From contig OX597823.1 of assembly GCA_951406725.2 (NCBI GenBank), positions 63,550,001-63,614,000 on the forward strand: a stretch of 64,000 nucleotides of DNA, in the 5' to 3' direction. Position numbers and translations under genes: made by a program. Each line of letters begins with the position of its first letter. Position 1 is the stretch's first letter. The DNA is from Octopus vulgaris. Its lineage: Eukaryota. The notes under the pieces were generated by a model. The model saw only the letters and a program-made list of their open reading frames with translations, made no database searches and was not told where the DNA came from. This document shows, in pieces, positions 40,135 through 53,153 of the stretch.

Positions 40135-40161
40135 ATACACACACACACACACTCTGACACA

Positions 40162-40207
<46 letters not shown>

Positions 40208-40349
40208 AGCACACACACATACACAAACACACACACACACACACACACACAAACAAACACATAAGCACACACACACATACACAAAAACACACATGCAGGT
40301 ACACACACACACGCACACACACAAACACACACACACACACACACATAAG

Positions 40350-40380
<31 letters not shown>

Positions 40381-40760
40381 GCAGGCACACATACACACAC
40401 ACATGCGCACAAACACACACACAAACACAAGCATACACACACGCACACTCACAAACAAGCACACACATAAACACACATGCAAATACACACACACGCACAC
40501 ACGCACGAACATACACACAAACACATACACGTACATCCACACACACACACACAAATACACAGACGTACACCACCACCCCCATACACACACACACACACGT
40601 GTATTATGCACAAAGTTTCCCCTTTCTTCAAAAAGTGCTGCCCTGCTTGGATTGTTCTCTTCACCTCTTTCAATCTACGCTAGCGGGCACACATCCTGTA
40701 ATATCTCACTTGACGACCTCCCACTTAGTAACACCATACATTAATAATAATAATAATAAC

Positions 40761-40795
<35 letters not shown>

Positions 40796-40835
40796 TAATA
40801 ATAATAATAATAATAATAACAATAATAATAATAAC

Positions 40836-40882
<47 letters not shown>

Positions 40883-40885
40883 TAA
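40135..40885. repeat. Degenerate (CA)n tract and (AAT)n tract
   Basis: Directly visible. Confidence 0.9.
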
Positions 40886-41321
40886 TATTAATATACTTAT
40901 ATATATATATATATATATTTCCAGCTAGAAGAATAAAAACTTTAAATTAATTGCAGAAAGGAAATATTATGCTAATCATACTTAATGATTGCTCTAACAT
41001 ATAAATTACCACAATGCACCTCAAGGATGTGCGCATGAGTGTTTGCTTTTTTTAGTAATTTCTTTTGATTCGCATATTAACGTTGTGTGAACATAATTTT
41101 AAAATTCATTCTGCTAACTCGTTCGTCTTAAAATTCTTCAAATACAAATCAGTAATTGAAACGGTATTAGAAAAAAAAAAAAAAAAAGCCGAAGCAGATC
41201 AAACGATTGAAACATCACTTTGTTACTTTACTCCCAAATGATTCGAAGAAGCATTTTCAAATATTAAAATAATAATAATAATAATAATAACAATAATAAT
41301 AATAATAATAACAATAAAAAA

Positions 41322-41945
41322 TGGTGCGGCTGTATGGTAAGAAGCTTGCTTCTTAATCACGTGGTTCCGGGTTCAATTCCACTGCGTGGCATCTTGGGCA
41401 AATGTCTTCTACTATAACCTTGGGCCAGCCAAAACCTTGTCAGTGGATTTGGTAGACTGAAACTGAAAGGAGCTCGACCTTCGAAACGTGGAGTAGATGA
41501 AATTAAGGCGACTGAAGAAGGGGAATTTTCTTTGTTTTGTATGTCCTGTACTCTATTTTTTCGTTGTTTTAAAAAAATGTCCATTTCCTTGGTTTTGTGT
41601 TTATGTTTTCGTTTCTCATTGTGTTCGACGTTTTTTTGGTGTCCTGTACCCATGTATGCATGTATATATACATGTAGAGGTAGGTACGTACATATATGTA
41701 TGTATATATGCATATATTTTATTTATTTATTAATTTATATATATATATATATATATATATATCTGTGTGTGTGCCTGTGTTTGTCTCCCCATCATCGCTT
41801 GACAACCGATGCTAGTATGATTATCTCTCCGTAAAAGAGACCAATAGCATAAGTACTAGGCTTACAAAGAATAAGTCCTGGGGTTGATTTCTTCGACTAC
41901 AACCTTTTAAGGCGGTGCTCCAGCATGGCCGCTGTCAAATGACTG
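41322..41945 (+). mobile_element. SINE family B interrupted by a copy of the 50793/51591 repeat
   Basis: Head 41322-41470, insert about 41470-41735 (CTGAAGAAGGGGAATTTTC...), tail 41762-41945. Confidence 0.75.
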
Positions 41946-42051
41946 ATTTTCGAGGTTTCAGATTGAAATTTCGAACCAAGAAGAACATTTGCTCAAGATG
42001 AAAATATATTTCCCGTTTCGCTATTCTGAAATTTATACAGGAAAGAAACAT

Positions 42052-42633
42052 TCTTTTCTACTCTCGGCACGTGGCCCATAACTTTTGGGGAAGGGGTCAG
42101 TCGATTAGATCGACCCCAGTACGCAACTGGTGCTTACTTTACCGACCCCGAAAGGATGAAAGGCAAAGTCAACTTCGGCGGAATTTGAACTCAGAACGTA
42201 GCAACAGACGAAATACCTATTTCTTTATTGCCCACGAGGGGCTAAACACAGAGGGGACAAACAAGGACAGACAAACAGATTAAGTCGATTATATCGACCC
42301 CAGTGCGTAATTGCTACTTATTTAATCGACCCCGAAAGGATGAAAGGCAAAGTCGACCTCAGCGGAATTTGAACTCAGAACGTAAAGACAGACGAAATAC
42401 CTATTTCTTTACTACCCACAAGGGGCTAAACACAGAGAAAACAAACAAGGACAGACAAAGGGATTAAGTCGATTATATCGAGTCCAGTGCCTAACTGGCA
42501 CTTAATTTATCTACCCCGAAAGGATGAAAGGCAAAGTCGACCTCGGCGGAATTTGAACTCAGAACGTAACGGCAGACGAAATACGACTACGCATTTAGCC
42601 CGGCGTGCTAACGTTTCTGCCAAGCTCGCCGCC
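42052..42633 (-). mobile_element. Head-to-tail trimer of SINE family A
   Basis: One head followed by three bodies; both internal junctions read tail AAAGAAATAG|GTATTTCGTC. Confidence 0.85.
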
Positions 42634-43329
42634 AGAAAAGAAGTAGATTAAAAATGTGAACAAAGAACTATTGGTACATTCCTAAAAAAGAAAAGAAAAG
42701 AGAGTCTCTTACTTCAATTGGATCTAGTACATAGGGCAAATAAATAAATAAACAAACTAGATAATCTTTTCTTTTATCTCTTGTTTAAGCCATCGACTGC
42801 ATTAGTCTCCATCCCCTGTTGTCTTTACCTGGTCTTGCCACTGGGCTGGAGTTGGCCACTGGCGGGAAGGGTGATATCCACGGAGCGCAACTCTTCACTT
42901 TAAACAAAGCCAGTGCACAAGTCATCAGTTATCCGTCATCCAGGATGACTAGACGTTCATCATTGTTCCGACGGACGAACCTGCCTCGTCAGTTCGATTA
43001 TAAGGCACTTTTAACGCTGAAAATCACTTTAGGTGTTTCTTGAAGCCTTGGATGGCAGCATAAACCACCAGGGCTCAATATCGACTAATATGAGACAAGA
43101 AAAACGCTATGGATTTGCTGCAAGAGCGAAAGAACCAGAAGTTTGAGGAACCTCTAGATTTAACCAATTGTAGAGGCACCGCCTTGAAGGATTTTAGTCA
43201 AACGAATCGCACCCAGTACTTCTTTTTTCTAAGACTTGTACTTACTCTATCGTTCGAACTGCTAATGCACCAACACCGGTTGTCAAGTGGTGGTGGTGGT
43301 GAACTAATGCAAAGACACACACCTGCGTG

Positions 43330-43394
<65 letters not shown>

Positions 43395-43535
43395 TCGACC
43401 CCATGTCGAATATCGATTTTTCATATATATATATACATTGGGCTATGTGTGTGTCAAGTTTCATCAGAATCGGTTGAAACCGTGGTCGGGTGAGTAAACA
43501 AACAGACACACAGAAACACGCACAGACAAACTGCC

Positions 43536-43586
<51 letters not shown>

Positions 43587-43749
43587 ATGGTTGTATACTG
43601 TCAACATAATGTGACAGTCCCGTAAGGGAATTACACCACCGCCATTTAGCCCTAGGAAACATCGACGTTTCCTGTCGGCTTTGACACATTTTCTGAGTCC
43701 TTATATTTGCAAAGGGGAGACAATCACCCCCGCAAGCCGGGACAAGGCA

Positions 43750-43795
43750 CCTGAAGACATATGTTTCTGAGTGTATTGCTCGTCATCAGTCCAGG
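43750..43795 (-). ncRNA. Minimal type I hammerhead ribozyme motif
   Basis: Minus strand CCTGGA-CTGATGA-C-GAG-CAATACA-CTC-A-GAAA-CATATGT-C-TTCAGG: 6-bp stem I, 3-bp stem II, ACATATGT palindrome, GUC site. Confidence 0.7.
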
Positions 43796-43816
43796 GTAGC
43801 CAGGCTCGCTCGCTGG

Positions 43817-44652
43817 AATCTTTATTATAGGCACAATGGCCTGAATGAAGAGGGGACATAACAATACATTACAGGACATGGGGGACATATAACAAAAATA
43901 CAGAAAGGATGATATGAAATGAAATATAAATAATGAATTAAATGAAATAGCCTACGAGCCCCCCCCAAAGCTCGCAGTTTCATTTACAATTACAGTTATA
44001 CTATCTGGAGTGTTCGTCAGTAATGTAAACGAGTAATTCATCCTGTTCTATAACGCCGGGCAAACTATCATATCGAACGTAGTTCACAGCTGTATTTGAA
44101 AACAAATTTATTGATTTATTTTTCCACTATTACAGCCTTTATTTTGTTATCGTATATCCTCGGATTCAATTTCACTCTTGTTAGATTTTTCATTATCACT
44201 AATTTTTGACAATTTCTTTACCTTTTTTGTACAACATTACAGCTCTGAGATTTCTTCCTTTGGGTCTTCCTCCTTCCTTGCTTGTTTTCAGACTTTCTTC
44301 AACTTTTGTTGACCACTTTTCCGCTTCCTCCAACGTTCGACCTTCACTCAATTCAGTTGTTTTCTTTTTCTTTTCGTGTGTTCGATCCTCTGTCTCGACG
44401 GCAGGTTTTTTTGTTTTTATTTTCTTTTTTTCGTCTTTGGGTGGTGATTTCACCCGTGGTCGCTTTCTATCTTCTATTTCTTCTGTTCTCTCCTTTTCTT
44501 TCTCCTTCACTAACTCGTCGCCACTTTCCATATTATCTGTTGTCATGATCTCTTCTTCCACTTGTAGTTCCTCATTCTCTCTTTCTAACTCCACTGTCAA
44601 AGCTTCTATTCCTTCCTCCAGGGTTATCGTCTTCTCTTGTTGTTCTCTTTGA
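43817..44652 (-). mobile_element. Retroelement fragment with charged ORF1-like coding remnant and LINE-type tail
   Basis: ORF 44199-44660 is E/K-rich. The downstream UTR ends TGTCCCCTCTTCATTCAGGCCATTGTGCCTATAATAAAGA, similar to the 12111 tail. Confidence 0.5.
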
Positions 44653-44677
44653 GGACACACATATTACACACACACAC

Positions 44678-44763
<86 letters not shown>

Positions 44764-44820
44764 GCATGTGATGTTCGTGTGTGGTGTGTGGCGTGTGCGT
44801 GTGTGTGTTTGTGTGTGTAT

Positions 44821-45049
44821 AGGTGTAGGAGTGACTGTGTGGCAAGAATCTTGTTTCTCAACCCCATGGTACCGGGTTCAGTCCCACTGCGTGGCTCCTT
44901 GGGCAAGCGTCTTCTACTATAGCCTCGGGCCGACCAAAGCCTTGTGAGTGAATTTGTTAGACGGAGACTGAGAGAAACCCGTCATATATATTTATATATA
45001 CATATATGTATGTATGTTTGTATGTATGTATGTATGTATTTTACCACCT

Positions 45050-45080
<31 letters not shown>

Positions 45081-45322
45081 ATGTGTGTGTGTATGTATGT
45101 ATGTATGTATGTATGTATGTATATATTTGCGTGTCTGTGTTTGTCGCCCCACCGTCGCTTGAGGACCGATGTTGGTGTGTTTACGTCCCCGTAACTTAGC
45201 GGTTCGGCAAAAGTGACCGATAGAATAAGTACTAGGCTTACAAAAATTATGTTTTGGGGTCGATTTGTTCGACTGAAGTGCTTCAGCATGGCCACAATCA
45301 AATGACTGAAACAAATAAAAGA
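44821..45322 (+). mobile_element. SINE family B (duplicated at about 55728-56229)
   Basis: Colinear with the other family B copies. Confidence 0.85.
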
Positions 45323-46359
45323 ATATATATACTGAGGGTGCCTCCAAATTAAGGCAACCAAATGTACATATATACATGCATACATGCATGCATACACACA
45401 CACACAAACATACATGGACCCCCTTTGGTTGCGAATGACCATGGGACTGCACCTAGAAAGTTACCCTTCGAGGTACAAGTCCAGGCAAGGTGTTTTTTGG
45501 AAGACCACAGCAGTCGTTCATGCATACCAGCCTATCCTTTCCATACCACCGATGTTATCCCACGGGGAGGCAAAGGCCGATACAGCTTGGCACCAGTGAC
45601 GTCGCAACTCATTTCTACAGCTGAGTGAACTGAAGTAATGTGAAATAAAGTGTTTTGCGTAATAATACTACACACAGCTCAGTCGGCAACAGGCTTCTTT
45701 TATTTTCCGCTTATCAAATACACAAAAAAGGCTTTGATCGGCACGGGTCTGTGGTAGAAGAAGACACTTGTCCATGTTACCAACCACGCAGTGGGATTGA
45801 ATCTGGAACCAAGTGGTAGGAAAGCAAACATCGTACCTCAATTCCACATTTGTGCCAACTTGTAGGAACAAAATAGAATCCTAACGTTTTAAGCCACATT
45901 ATTTATTTGGGAGACAAAAATAATTTTCAAAGCCATTTACTGAGATACCTATTTTATCAATACTGGAGTAGTAAGTAAAATAATTTATATTTAAGACATC
46001 CATCACTGCTGTCGTCTGCAATTCATACAAGACGCTTACTATACGTAAGGGACATAACTCTTTCTGGTACAAGGGTCACAACTCTTTTTCTCCTGGCAAG
46101 GGAAATAACTCTTCTCATGACTATTTGATAAATAATTCTACTGAGCTGCGTTAACATTTCATATAATCTTATCTACGCCATAACGTTCGTTTTACGTGGA
46201 TAACAAAGAAATTTAAATGATCATAATGTAATGCATGTCAAATAATGAATCATTTCCGTTTTGTTTCATTCGTTCGCAGTATACAGTTTCAAATTTGAAG
46301 ATCCACACAAAACTTGAGAAAGGACAGTGGAGCATGGTAGATGAGTGTAATACGGTATA

Positions 46360-46549
46360 TTCTTTTACTTGTTTCAGTTATTAGACAGCAGCCATGCTGG
46401 GGCACTGCCTCGAAGAATTTTAGTCAAATGAATCGATCCCAGTACTTATATTTTTTTAAAGCCTGGTACTTATTCAATCGGCCGATTTTTTTTTCCGATC
46501 CACTAGTCTACGGGGACATAAACACATCAAATCGGATCTCAAGCGGTGG

Positions 46550-46643
<94 letters not shown>

Positions 46644-46792
46644 GACGGGTTTCTTTCGGTTTCTTCTACTAAATCCATTCACAAGGCTTTGGTCGGCCCG
46701 AGCCTATAGTAGAAAGCATTCGTCCAAAGTGCCATGCAGGGGTACTGAAATCAGCACCGTGCGGTTGGGAGGCCTTCTATTACGATGTAGCC
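46360..46792 (-). mobile_element. SINE family B, diverged (duplicated at about 57267-57680)
   Basis: Reverse-complement match with an internal (CA)n. Confidence 0.8.
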
Positions 46793-47160
46793 ATACCGTC
46801 CCCGGAAACTGTTGTATAGTGAAAGCGTATATCCCTCCCGGTAAAAAGCGGTAGTAGAAGCCATTATAAATAGACCAGTAGCCGGCCGATAGTAGAAGGT
46901 CGAGAAGAGAAGGTCGAGAGTACGTGTAGACAGTGTTGATAGTCGTGTCTGTGCTGATATAGTAATTATACTGTGATACTGAGTGGACGTTATAACGATC
47001 CAACCTTTCGAGGATAAGACTGTACGACTAAGGGGTTGTACAGTGCCATATCGAACCATTTTATCTATGACCCCGGAATATAACAATATCTGTCAAAGCG
47101 ACACCCGTCGTCAAAAGACAGATACAACAGTGGCAAAAGAACGCTTTACAACAGAAATCA

Positions 47161-47210
<50 letters not shown>

Positions 47211-47235
47211 GTACGTACGTACATAACATACATAT

Positions 47236-47467
47236 ATTTCTTTACTACCCACAATGGGCTAAACATAGAGGGGACAAACAAGGACAGTCAAAGGGATTAA
47301 GTCGATTACATCGACCCCAGTGCGTAACTGGTACTTAATTTATCGACCCCGAAAGGATGAAAGGCAAAGTCGACCTCGGCGGAATTTGAACCCAGAACAC
47401 GTGACAGCAGACGAAATACGGCTACGCATTTCGCCCGACGTGCTAATGATTCTGCCAGCTCGCCGCC
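47236..47467 (-). mobile_element. SINE family A with 15-bp TSD (duplicated at about 58117-58348)
   Basis: TACATAACATACATA at 47220-47234 and 47468-47482. Confidence 0.9.
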
Positions 47468-47981
47468 TACATAACATACATACGCACGCACACACACATA
47501 CGTACGTACGTACGTACGTACATGCACACATACATACATACAATACGATATCGACCAGGCAATCGGGTTGATGTACACTACGCAGTTCCTCACACTGGTG
47601 GTGGTTTTTGAATAATGGCACACTCTGAGCTAGGTTGGCAGGCAGACGTTCCCTCTGAACGGTCAATCAGTCCGTTGCCGGGCTACCCTTTTACAGCTGA
47701 ATGGACTGGAGCAACATGGAATAAAGTGTGTTGCTCAAGAACGCAATGCACAGCTGGTCTGGGAAACGACACCGCCACTTGGCTACTCGCCTATACATAC
47801 ATACATACATACATACATACATACATACATACATACATACATACATACATACGTACATACATGCATACACACATACACACACACACTCACAACCACACAT
47901 ACACATATATACATATTCGTGTATATATACACACACATCCATCCATCTACCCGTACATACATACATACATACATACACACA

Positions 47982-48022
<41 letters not shown>

Positions 48023-48024
<2 letters not shown>

Positions 48025-48820
48025 GGTGGTACCCAAAAGAAACCGGAATTTTACAATATTATTTTATTCACTTAAGGCGGTGAGCTGGCAGAATCGTTAG
48101 CACACTAGACGAAATGCCTAGCGCTATTTCGCCCGTCGCTACGTTCTGAGTTCAAATTCCGCCGACGTCGACTTAACCGTTTATCCTTTCGGGGGACGAT
48201 CGATAAAATAAGTACCATTTGGACACTGGGGTCGATGTAATCGATTCATCCCCACCTTCCCCAAGCTGCCCTTGTGGCAAAAACGTGAAATAATTATTTT
48301 ATTCCCTTAGTTTTTACATGTTTACACTTTTATCGCCTGCAAAGTATTCTCCATTTGAAGCAATTCATCAGTCCAGACGCGTTTTTCACCGTTCGAAGCA
48401 GTCCCAGAACTCTTGCGAAGTGATGCCTTTTAACGCTTCCGTCGTTTTTTTCTTCAACTGTTCCACATCTGCAAATTCTGTAGCACCAGCTTTCGTCACC
48501 AGTGATGACTTTTGTAAAAAGGTCCGGATTAATTTCCAACTGTTCTTTCAATTCACGACAGACATTCAGTCGTGACTGCTTTTGATCTTTCGTGAGCAAA
48601 GGAGACACAATTTTTGCTGCAACTTTTTTCATTCACATTTCCTCGCTCAAAATTTGTTGGCAGGAGCTCCAGGACACGCCAGTCATATCAACAAGTTCGT
48701 CCAGTGATGGTCCTTCAAGATAAGTTCACGAATTTCCATAATGTTTTCATTCGTTCAGGAGATCGACGGACGCCCTGAACAAGGTTGCTCTTCAAGTGAC
48801 AAGTAACCATTCCTAAAGTG
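48023..48820 (-). mobile_element. Internally deleted mariner remnant interrupted by SINE A (duplicated at about 58904-59700)
   Basis: KIVSPLLTKDQKQSRLNVCRELK...KVITGDESWCY mariner motif. SINE A at about 48075-48292 is flanked by TTATTTTATTC-like direct repeats. Confidence 0.85.
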
Positions 48821-49176
48821 TGAAAATCACTCATAAATTTGTGCTTTGTTTCGGCTTTGTTTCGGCTTTGTTTCCTTTTGCCACTATTGTTGATGTTGTG
48901 GTTGTTATTATTCTTATATGGTTAAAATACTTACCGTTCAGTTCACAAATAACTTTATTGTCACATTCTTGCTTTCTGTTATCGTTGCTATTGCAGCTCT
49001 ACCCTACGACCTTAAAACTACGTGAGACGTTTTCGAAATCGCCGCCGCTGCTAAATAGAAAAACAGCAGCAAAGCTAGGGTAAAGAATAAGATGGCGGGC
49101 CACCACGAGGACGCCATTATGGTAACAGTATTATGGGGTCTGCTGCATATGCCTGTATAGACTTGGAAGTCCGAGA

Positions 49177-49283
49177 CAGGGGCTGCAAACTCAAGGGTTT
49201 CTCTAGGCGGCACACACAAGAGCTGCTCTAGGCGGTACACACAAGGGCTGCCCTAGGCGGCACACACTCTAGTTGCGCCTCTG
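49177..49283. repeat. Tiny TIR element with three internal repeats of about 26 bp
   Basis: CAGGGGCTGCAAACT ... AGTTGCGCCTCTG ends with three CTAGGCGG(C/T)ACACAC units. Confidence 0.6.
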
Positions 49284-49483
49284 TAGAAATATACATGACG
49301 CTCAGCTGGCGGGCATATATGTATACGATTATAACGAAGTCTCTGTTATACATGATTATATATTTAGTGGACTAATTTGTTTCACATACTAAAATTATGA
49401 ATTCCAATATTGCGATTTTTTTTTCCTTTACAAATCACATTCTGCGCTATATCTCTTCTGTCAGTTTTAAGCCGACCATTAAG

Positions 49484-49995
49484 TACCGTAAATCTTCGAG
49501 TATAGTCCGCCCTCGAGTATAATACGCAGGGGATTTTTAGGGGGCTGTTCCTCGGAAAAACCTAAACCTTGTGTATAATAAGCACCTCTTCTCTAACTTG
49601 AGTCAAGGAGGTCTATATAACGTTGTTGGTTTGTAAAAATGTATACGGTAACGTCCTTTATTATTATTGTACATATAACATAATGCAAACGTGTAGCTTT
49701 TTGTGCATTTTGTTTGCAGAAAATAAAGAAGAACAGTAATAACAGTAATAACGTTTAATAAATGTTGCTTACTGCAAGTTATGGATGATTCTTTTATGAC
49801 TTCATTGCTTTCAGGCTTAGCTTAAGGTATTTTCGCGCCCAACATCACAAAATGCGTCTGAATAAACATTGCCGGAAAGCAAATAGAGACTCGGACATTG
49901 CTTAGAAAATAATTTTCATTTTTAATCTCGTACTAGGGATTTTGACCTTTAAATTTGGGGGAAAAAATGCGGATTATAGTCGAGGATTTACGGTA
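49484..49995. mobile_element. pogo/Tigger-like MITE (duplicated at 60365-60876)
   Basis: TA-CCGTAAATCTTCGAGTATAGTCCGC / GCGGATTATAGTCGAGGATTTACGG-TA; same family as 28092. Confidence 0.88.
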
Positions 49996-50224
49996 TATAA
50001 TTCCTTTTACAAATTACTCGCAAGTTATCTAAAAGGATATTCAATCAACATTTTACGATACCATGATAATTTTTAAGAGCGCTACAGAGAAAATAATACA
50101 CAAGAAGATCGCTTTACAACCGAGTGGTCTCGGGTTCAGTCTCTCTGCGAAAGTACTTTCTACCATAGCTTCAGGCCGGCCAATGTCTAGTGAGCTGTAG
50201 ACAGAAACTATACAACTTTTTAGA

Positions 50225-50259
<35 letters not shown>

Positions 50260-50720
50260 GCGCCCGCGCGTACTTGTAATTTCAACACCACTTGGCAATT
50301 GGTGTTGGTTTGCTTACGTCCCCGTAACTTAGATGGTTCGGTGAAAGAGTCCGACTGAATAAGTACCGGACTTAGAAAAGATAATTTCTGGGGTCGATTT
50401 GTTCGACTAAACACCGTCAAGACAGTAACCCATAACAACTGCAGTCCAATAACTGAAACAAATAAATAATGACGGATTACGCTCAACATACGTACAAAGT
50501 ATATGTATGCCGTCTATTGCCTCTGAATGGGATTTGGGGTGAGTTGTCTCGCCTGTCTATGACTTCCAGGTATTTTAACACCCGGTGCTTTGAGAGAGTC
50601 ATCTTCACCACGTCAAATCGCAGCCTACTGGCGAATAAGCACAGCATGTACATTGAGTATATGTGTTAGCTAATGTTTACAGCGCTTGCGCTGCTTCTTA
50701 TTCATATTTGAATATATATG

Positions 50721-50792
<72 letters not shown>

Positions 50793-50795
<3 letters not shown>

Positions 50796-51830
50796 GACAG
50801 CTGATGAAGGGGAATTTTCCTTGTGTTGTTTGTCTTGTACTCTGTTTTTTCGTTGTTAAAAAAAAGGTCCGTTTTATGTTTGTTTTTACGTTTTCGTTTC
50901 TCGTTGAGTTCTACGTCTATTTGTGGTGTCCTGTACTCACGTATATATATTTATATATGCATGTATATATACATGTAGATGTAGGTACGTACATATATGT
51001 ATGTATGGATGCATATATTTTATTTATTACACTATTGTATGACTGAGCGCCCTCGCGTCGTTTCGTTTCGTTTCCCCCAAGTAAGTTTTTATATATAATT
51101 ATGACGCGAAACTCTATAACCCTTTGCTTGACCTTCCCTTCCTTCCTTGTCTTCCTCTTTGCCTGTCTCTCTTTTTCACCCTTTCTGGTTTCCTTTCCCC
51201 TCTCTCTCTCTCTCTCTCTCTCTCACTCCTACTCATCTCTCTCACAGCCGGGCGACCACTTCCTTTCGCTTGTGGCCTCCTAACAGTGAACACGCTTTCT
51301 TCCTGCGCTCTTAAAAAATCTTTCCTCGTCTAGGCCAAAAAAGGCCCTCATTGTTTGTTTTCTTGTTTGTTTTTATCTCTTGTACTGTATTTTTTTGTAA
51401 TTGTATTTTTATTTTGTATTTTATTTTGTAATTTTATTTGTATCGTTTTTACGTCCTGTTTTTGTCACATTTTTTCCTTTCCTTGTTTTTACCCCTCTGC
51501 AAAGGAATTTTATTTAATTCTTTCGCAGGAAGGGCTAGTTCGACGAGTCGTGTTCTGTCCTCACCTTCGAAACACGCATGGAGTCGTACTAGGGACAGCT
51601 GATGAAGGGGAATTTTCCTTGTGTTGTTTGTCTTGTACTCTGTTTTTTCGTTGTTAAAAAAAGGTCCGTTTCCATGTTTGTTTTTACGTTTTCGTTTCTC
51701 GTTGAGTTCTACGTCTATTTGTGGTGTCCTGTACTCACGTATATATATTTATATATGCATGCATATATACATGTAGATGTAGGTACGTACATATATGTAT
51801 GTATGGATGCATATATTTTATTTATTACAC

Positions 51831-51838
<8 letters not shown>
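50793..51838 (+). mobile_element. Non-coding element with direct terminal repeats of about 245 bp inserted in (TA)n (duplicated at about 61713-62755)
   Basis: GGGACAGCTGATGAAGGGG...TTATTACACTATT at 50793 and again at 51591; flanked by (TA)n. Confidence 0.75.
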
Positions 51839-51876
<38 letters not shown>

Positions 51877-51974
51877 TTTTATAAGCTTGAACCTTATAGC
51901 GATCAACGCGCAATGACTAAGGACTAATAATGGGGCATATAAGCCTTCGACAGAAAAAAAATGTAGGTTTTCCG

Positions 51975-52045
51975 GCACGCATGGGACTCGAACTCACATC
52001 CCTTTCTTTACGCGACTAATTCTGTTACCGATTACACAAGCACAC
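51975..52045 (-). other. tRNA-like sequence (pseudogene or SINE head)
   Basis: Minus strand TGTGTAATCGGTA and GAGTTCGAGTCCC boxes; a related piece lies at about 53838-53897. No clean cloverleaf. Confidence 0.5.
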
Positions 52046-52146
52046 TAACTTGGGTTTGCCTTTCTAATTTAAGAACTATATTAGTTCGTAGTAAACGAAC
52101 TTTCATGTACTTTCATTGTAAATGGTTTTGTTAAGCAGTGTCGAGT

Positions 52147-52215
<69 letters not shown>

Positions 52216-52217
<2 letters not shown>

Positions 52218-52430
52218 AAGGGTGCTGAAATGTTCTTTGCTTTGGGTAAAAGAAAATACAGAATGGTCAGTTAATTATAATTTTATTCAACATATTCCAC
52301 TCTCAGATTCACACACTTATTGCAGTGGTCCTTCAGTTTTTCAAGCCCTGTAAAAGAACTCGGAAGATTGGGCTGCCAACCAGGTCTTTCGCGACACCCT
52401 TAAAGCCAGGAACTTTTCAGTGCCCCCCCC
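52216..52430. mobile_element. mariner-type MITE
   Basis: TIRs GGGTGCTGAAATGTTCTTTGCTTT / AAAGCCAGGAACTTTTCAGTGCCC. Confidence 0.7.
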
Positions 52431-52481
52431 CCATATATGTGTATGTATCTATAGTTATATGTGTGTGTGTGTATGTGTGTG

Positions 52482-52728
52482 TATTGGGTTGATGCTTAAT
52501 TATCGCGTTTTTTTTTCCAACAAATTTTATTCAACAAAAACAATAACATGTTACAAAAACATCTGTAAATGATTATTCCGGAGCATATTCACCACCTACT
52601 TCAATTACGGCTTCCCATTTGCTTGGAAGACGGTCAGACCAAATCATTTAAAGATGCTTTTGTTAAATATCGTTTGTTATTGTTTTTGTTGAAAAAAAAA
52701 AAGCCGCAATAATTATGCACCAACCATA
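52482..52728 (-). mobile_element. mariner deletion derivative
   Basis: TIRs TATTGGGTTGATGCTTAATTATCGCG / CGCAATAATTATGCACCAACCATA; the interior encodes a mariner-like C-terminus [16 protein letters not shown]. Confidence 0.85.
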
Positions 52729-53109
52729 TGTGTATACACACACACATATATATATACATATATATATATATACATATATATATATACATATATATATATA
52801 CATATATATATATACATATATATATATACATATATATATATACATATATATATACATATATACATATATATACATATATATATATACATATATACATATA
52901 TACATATATATACATATATATATATACATATATACATATATATATATACATATATATATACATATATATATATACATATATATATACATATATAATAATA
53001 AATATTAGGGAATAAATCCAAATTTACAGGGAAAAATCAGATTTAGGATTGAATCCAATTTTATAGTAAAATATTATATAACTTTAAAATTGAATAGAAG
53101 ATATGAAAT

Positions 53110-53153
53110 CCACCTGATGAATGTCATTTGAAGACAGGAAACAATTGTAGTGG
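53110..53153 (+). ncRNA. Minimal type I hammerhead ribozyme motif
   Basis: CCAC-CTGATGA-A-TGTC-ATTTGAA-GACA-G-GAAA-CAATTGT-A-GTGG: stem I CCAC/GTGG, stem II TGTC/GACA, ACAATTGT palindrome, GUA site. Confidence 0.75.

Larger units (their letters stand above)
44647..53090 (+). repeat. Copy 1 of a duplication of at least 8.4 kb
   Basis: Colinear and near-identical to 55552-64000; the ORF track repeats with an offset of about 10.9 kb. Confidence 0.97.

Noticed and set aside
39983-40928. Long HT/CV-rich ORFs
   Set aside because: They are pure translations of degenerate (CA)n and (AAT)n repeats.
42880-43000. Minus-strand CTGACGA and CTGATGA boxes as hammerheads
   Set aside because: They are followed by GGAA or GAAG instead of GAAA, and no stem I could be formed.
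46704-47300. Overlapping ORFs of about 100 aa
   Set aside because: No recognisable motif; they run into SINE and microsatellite sequence.
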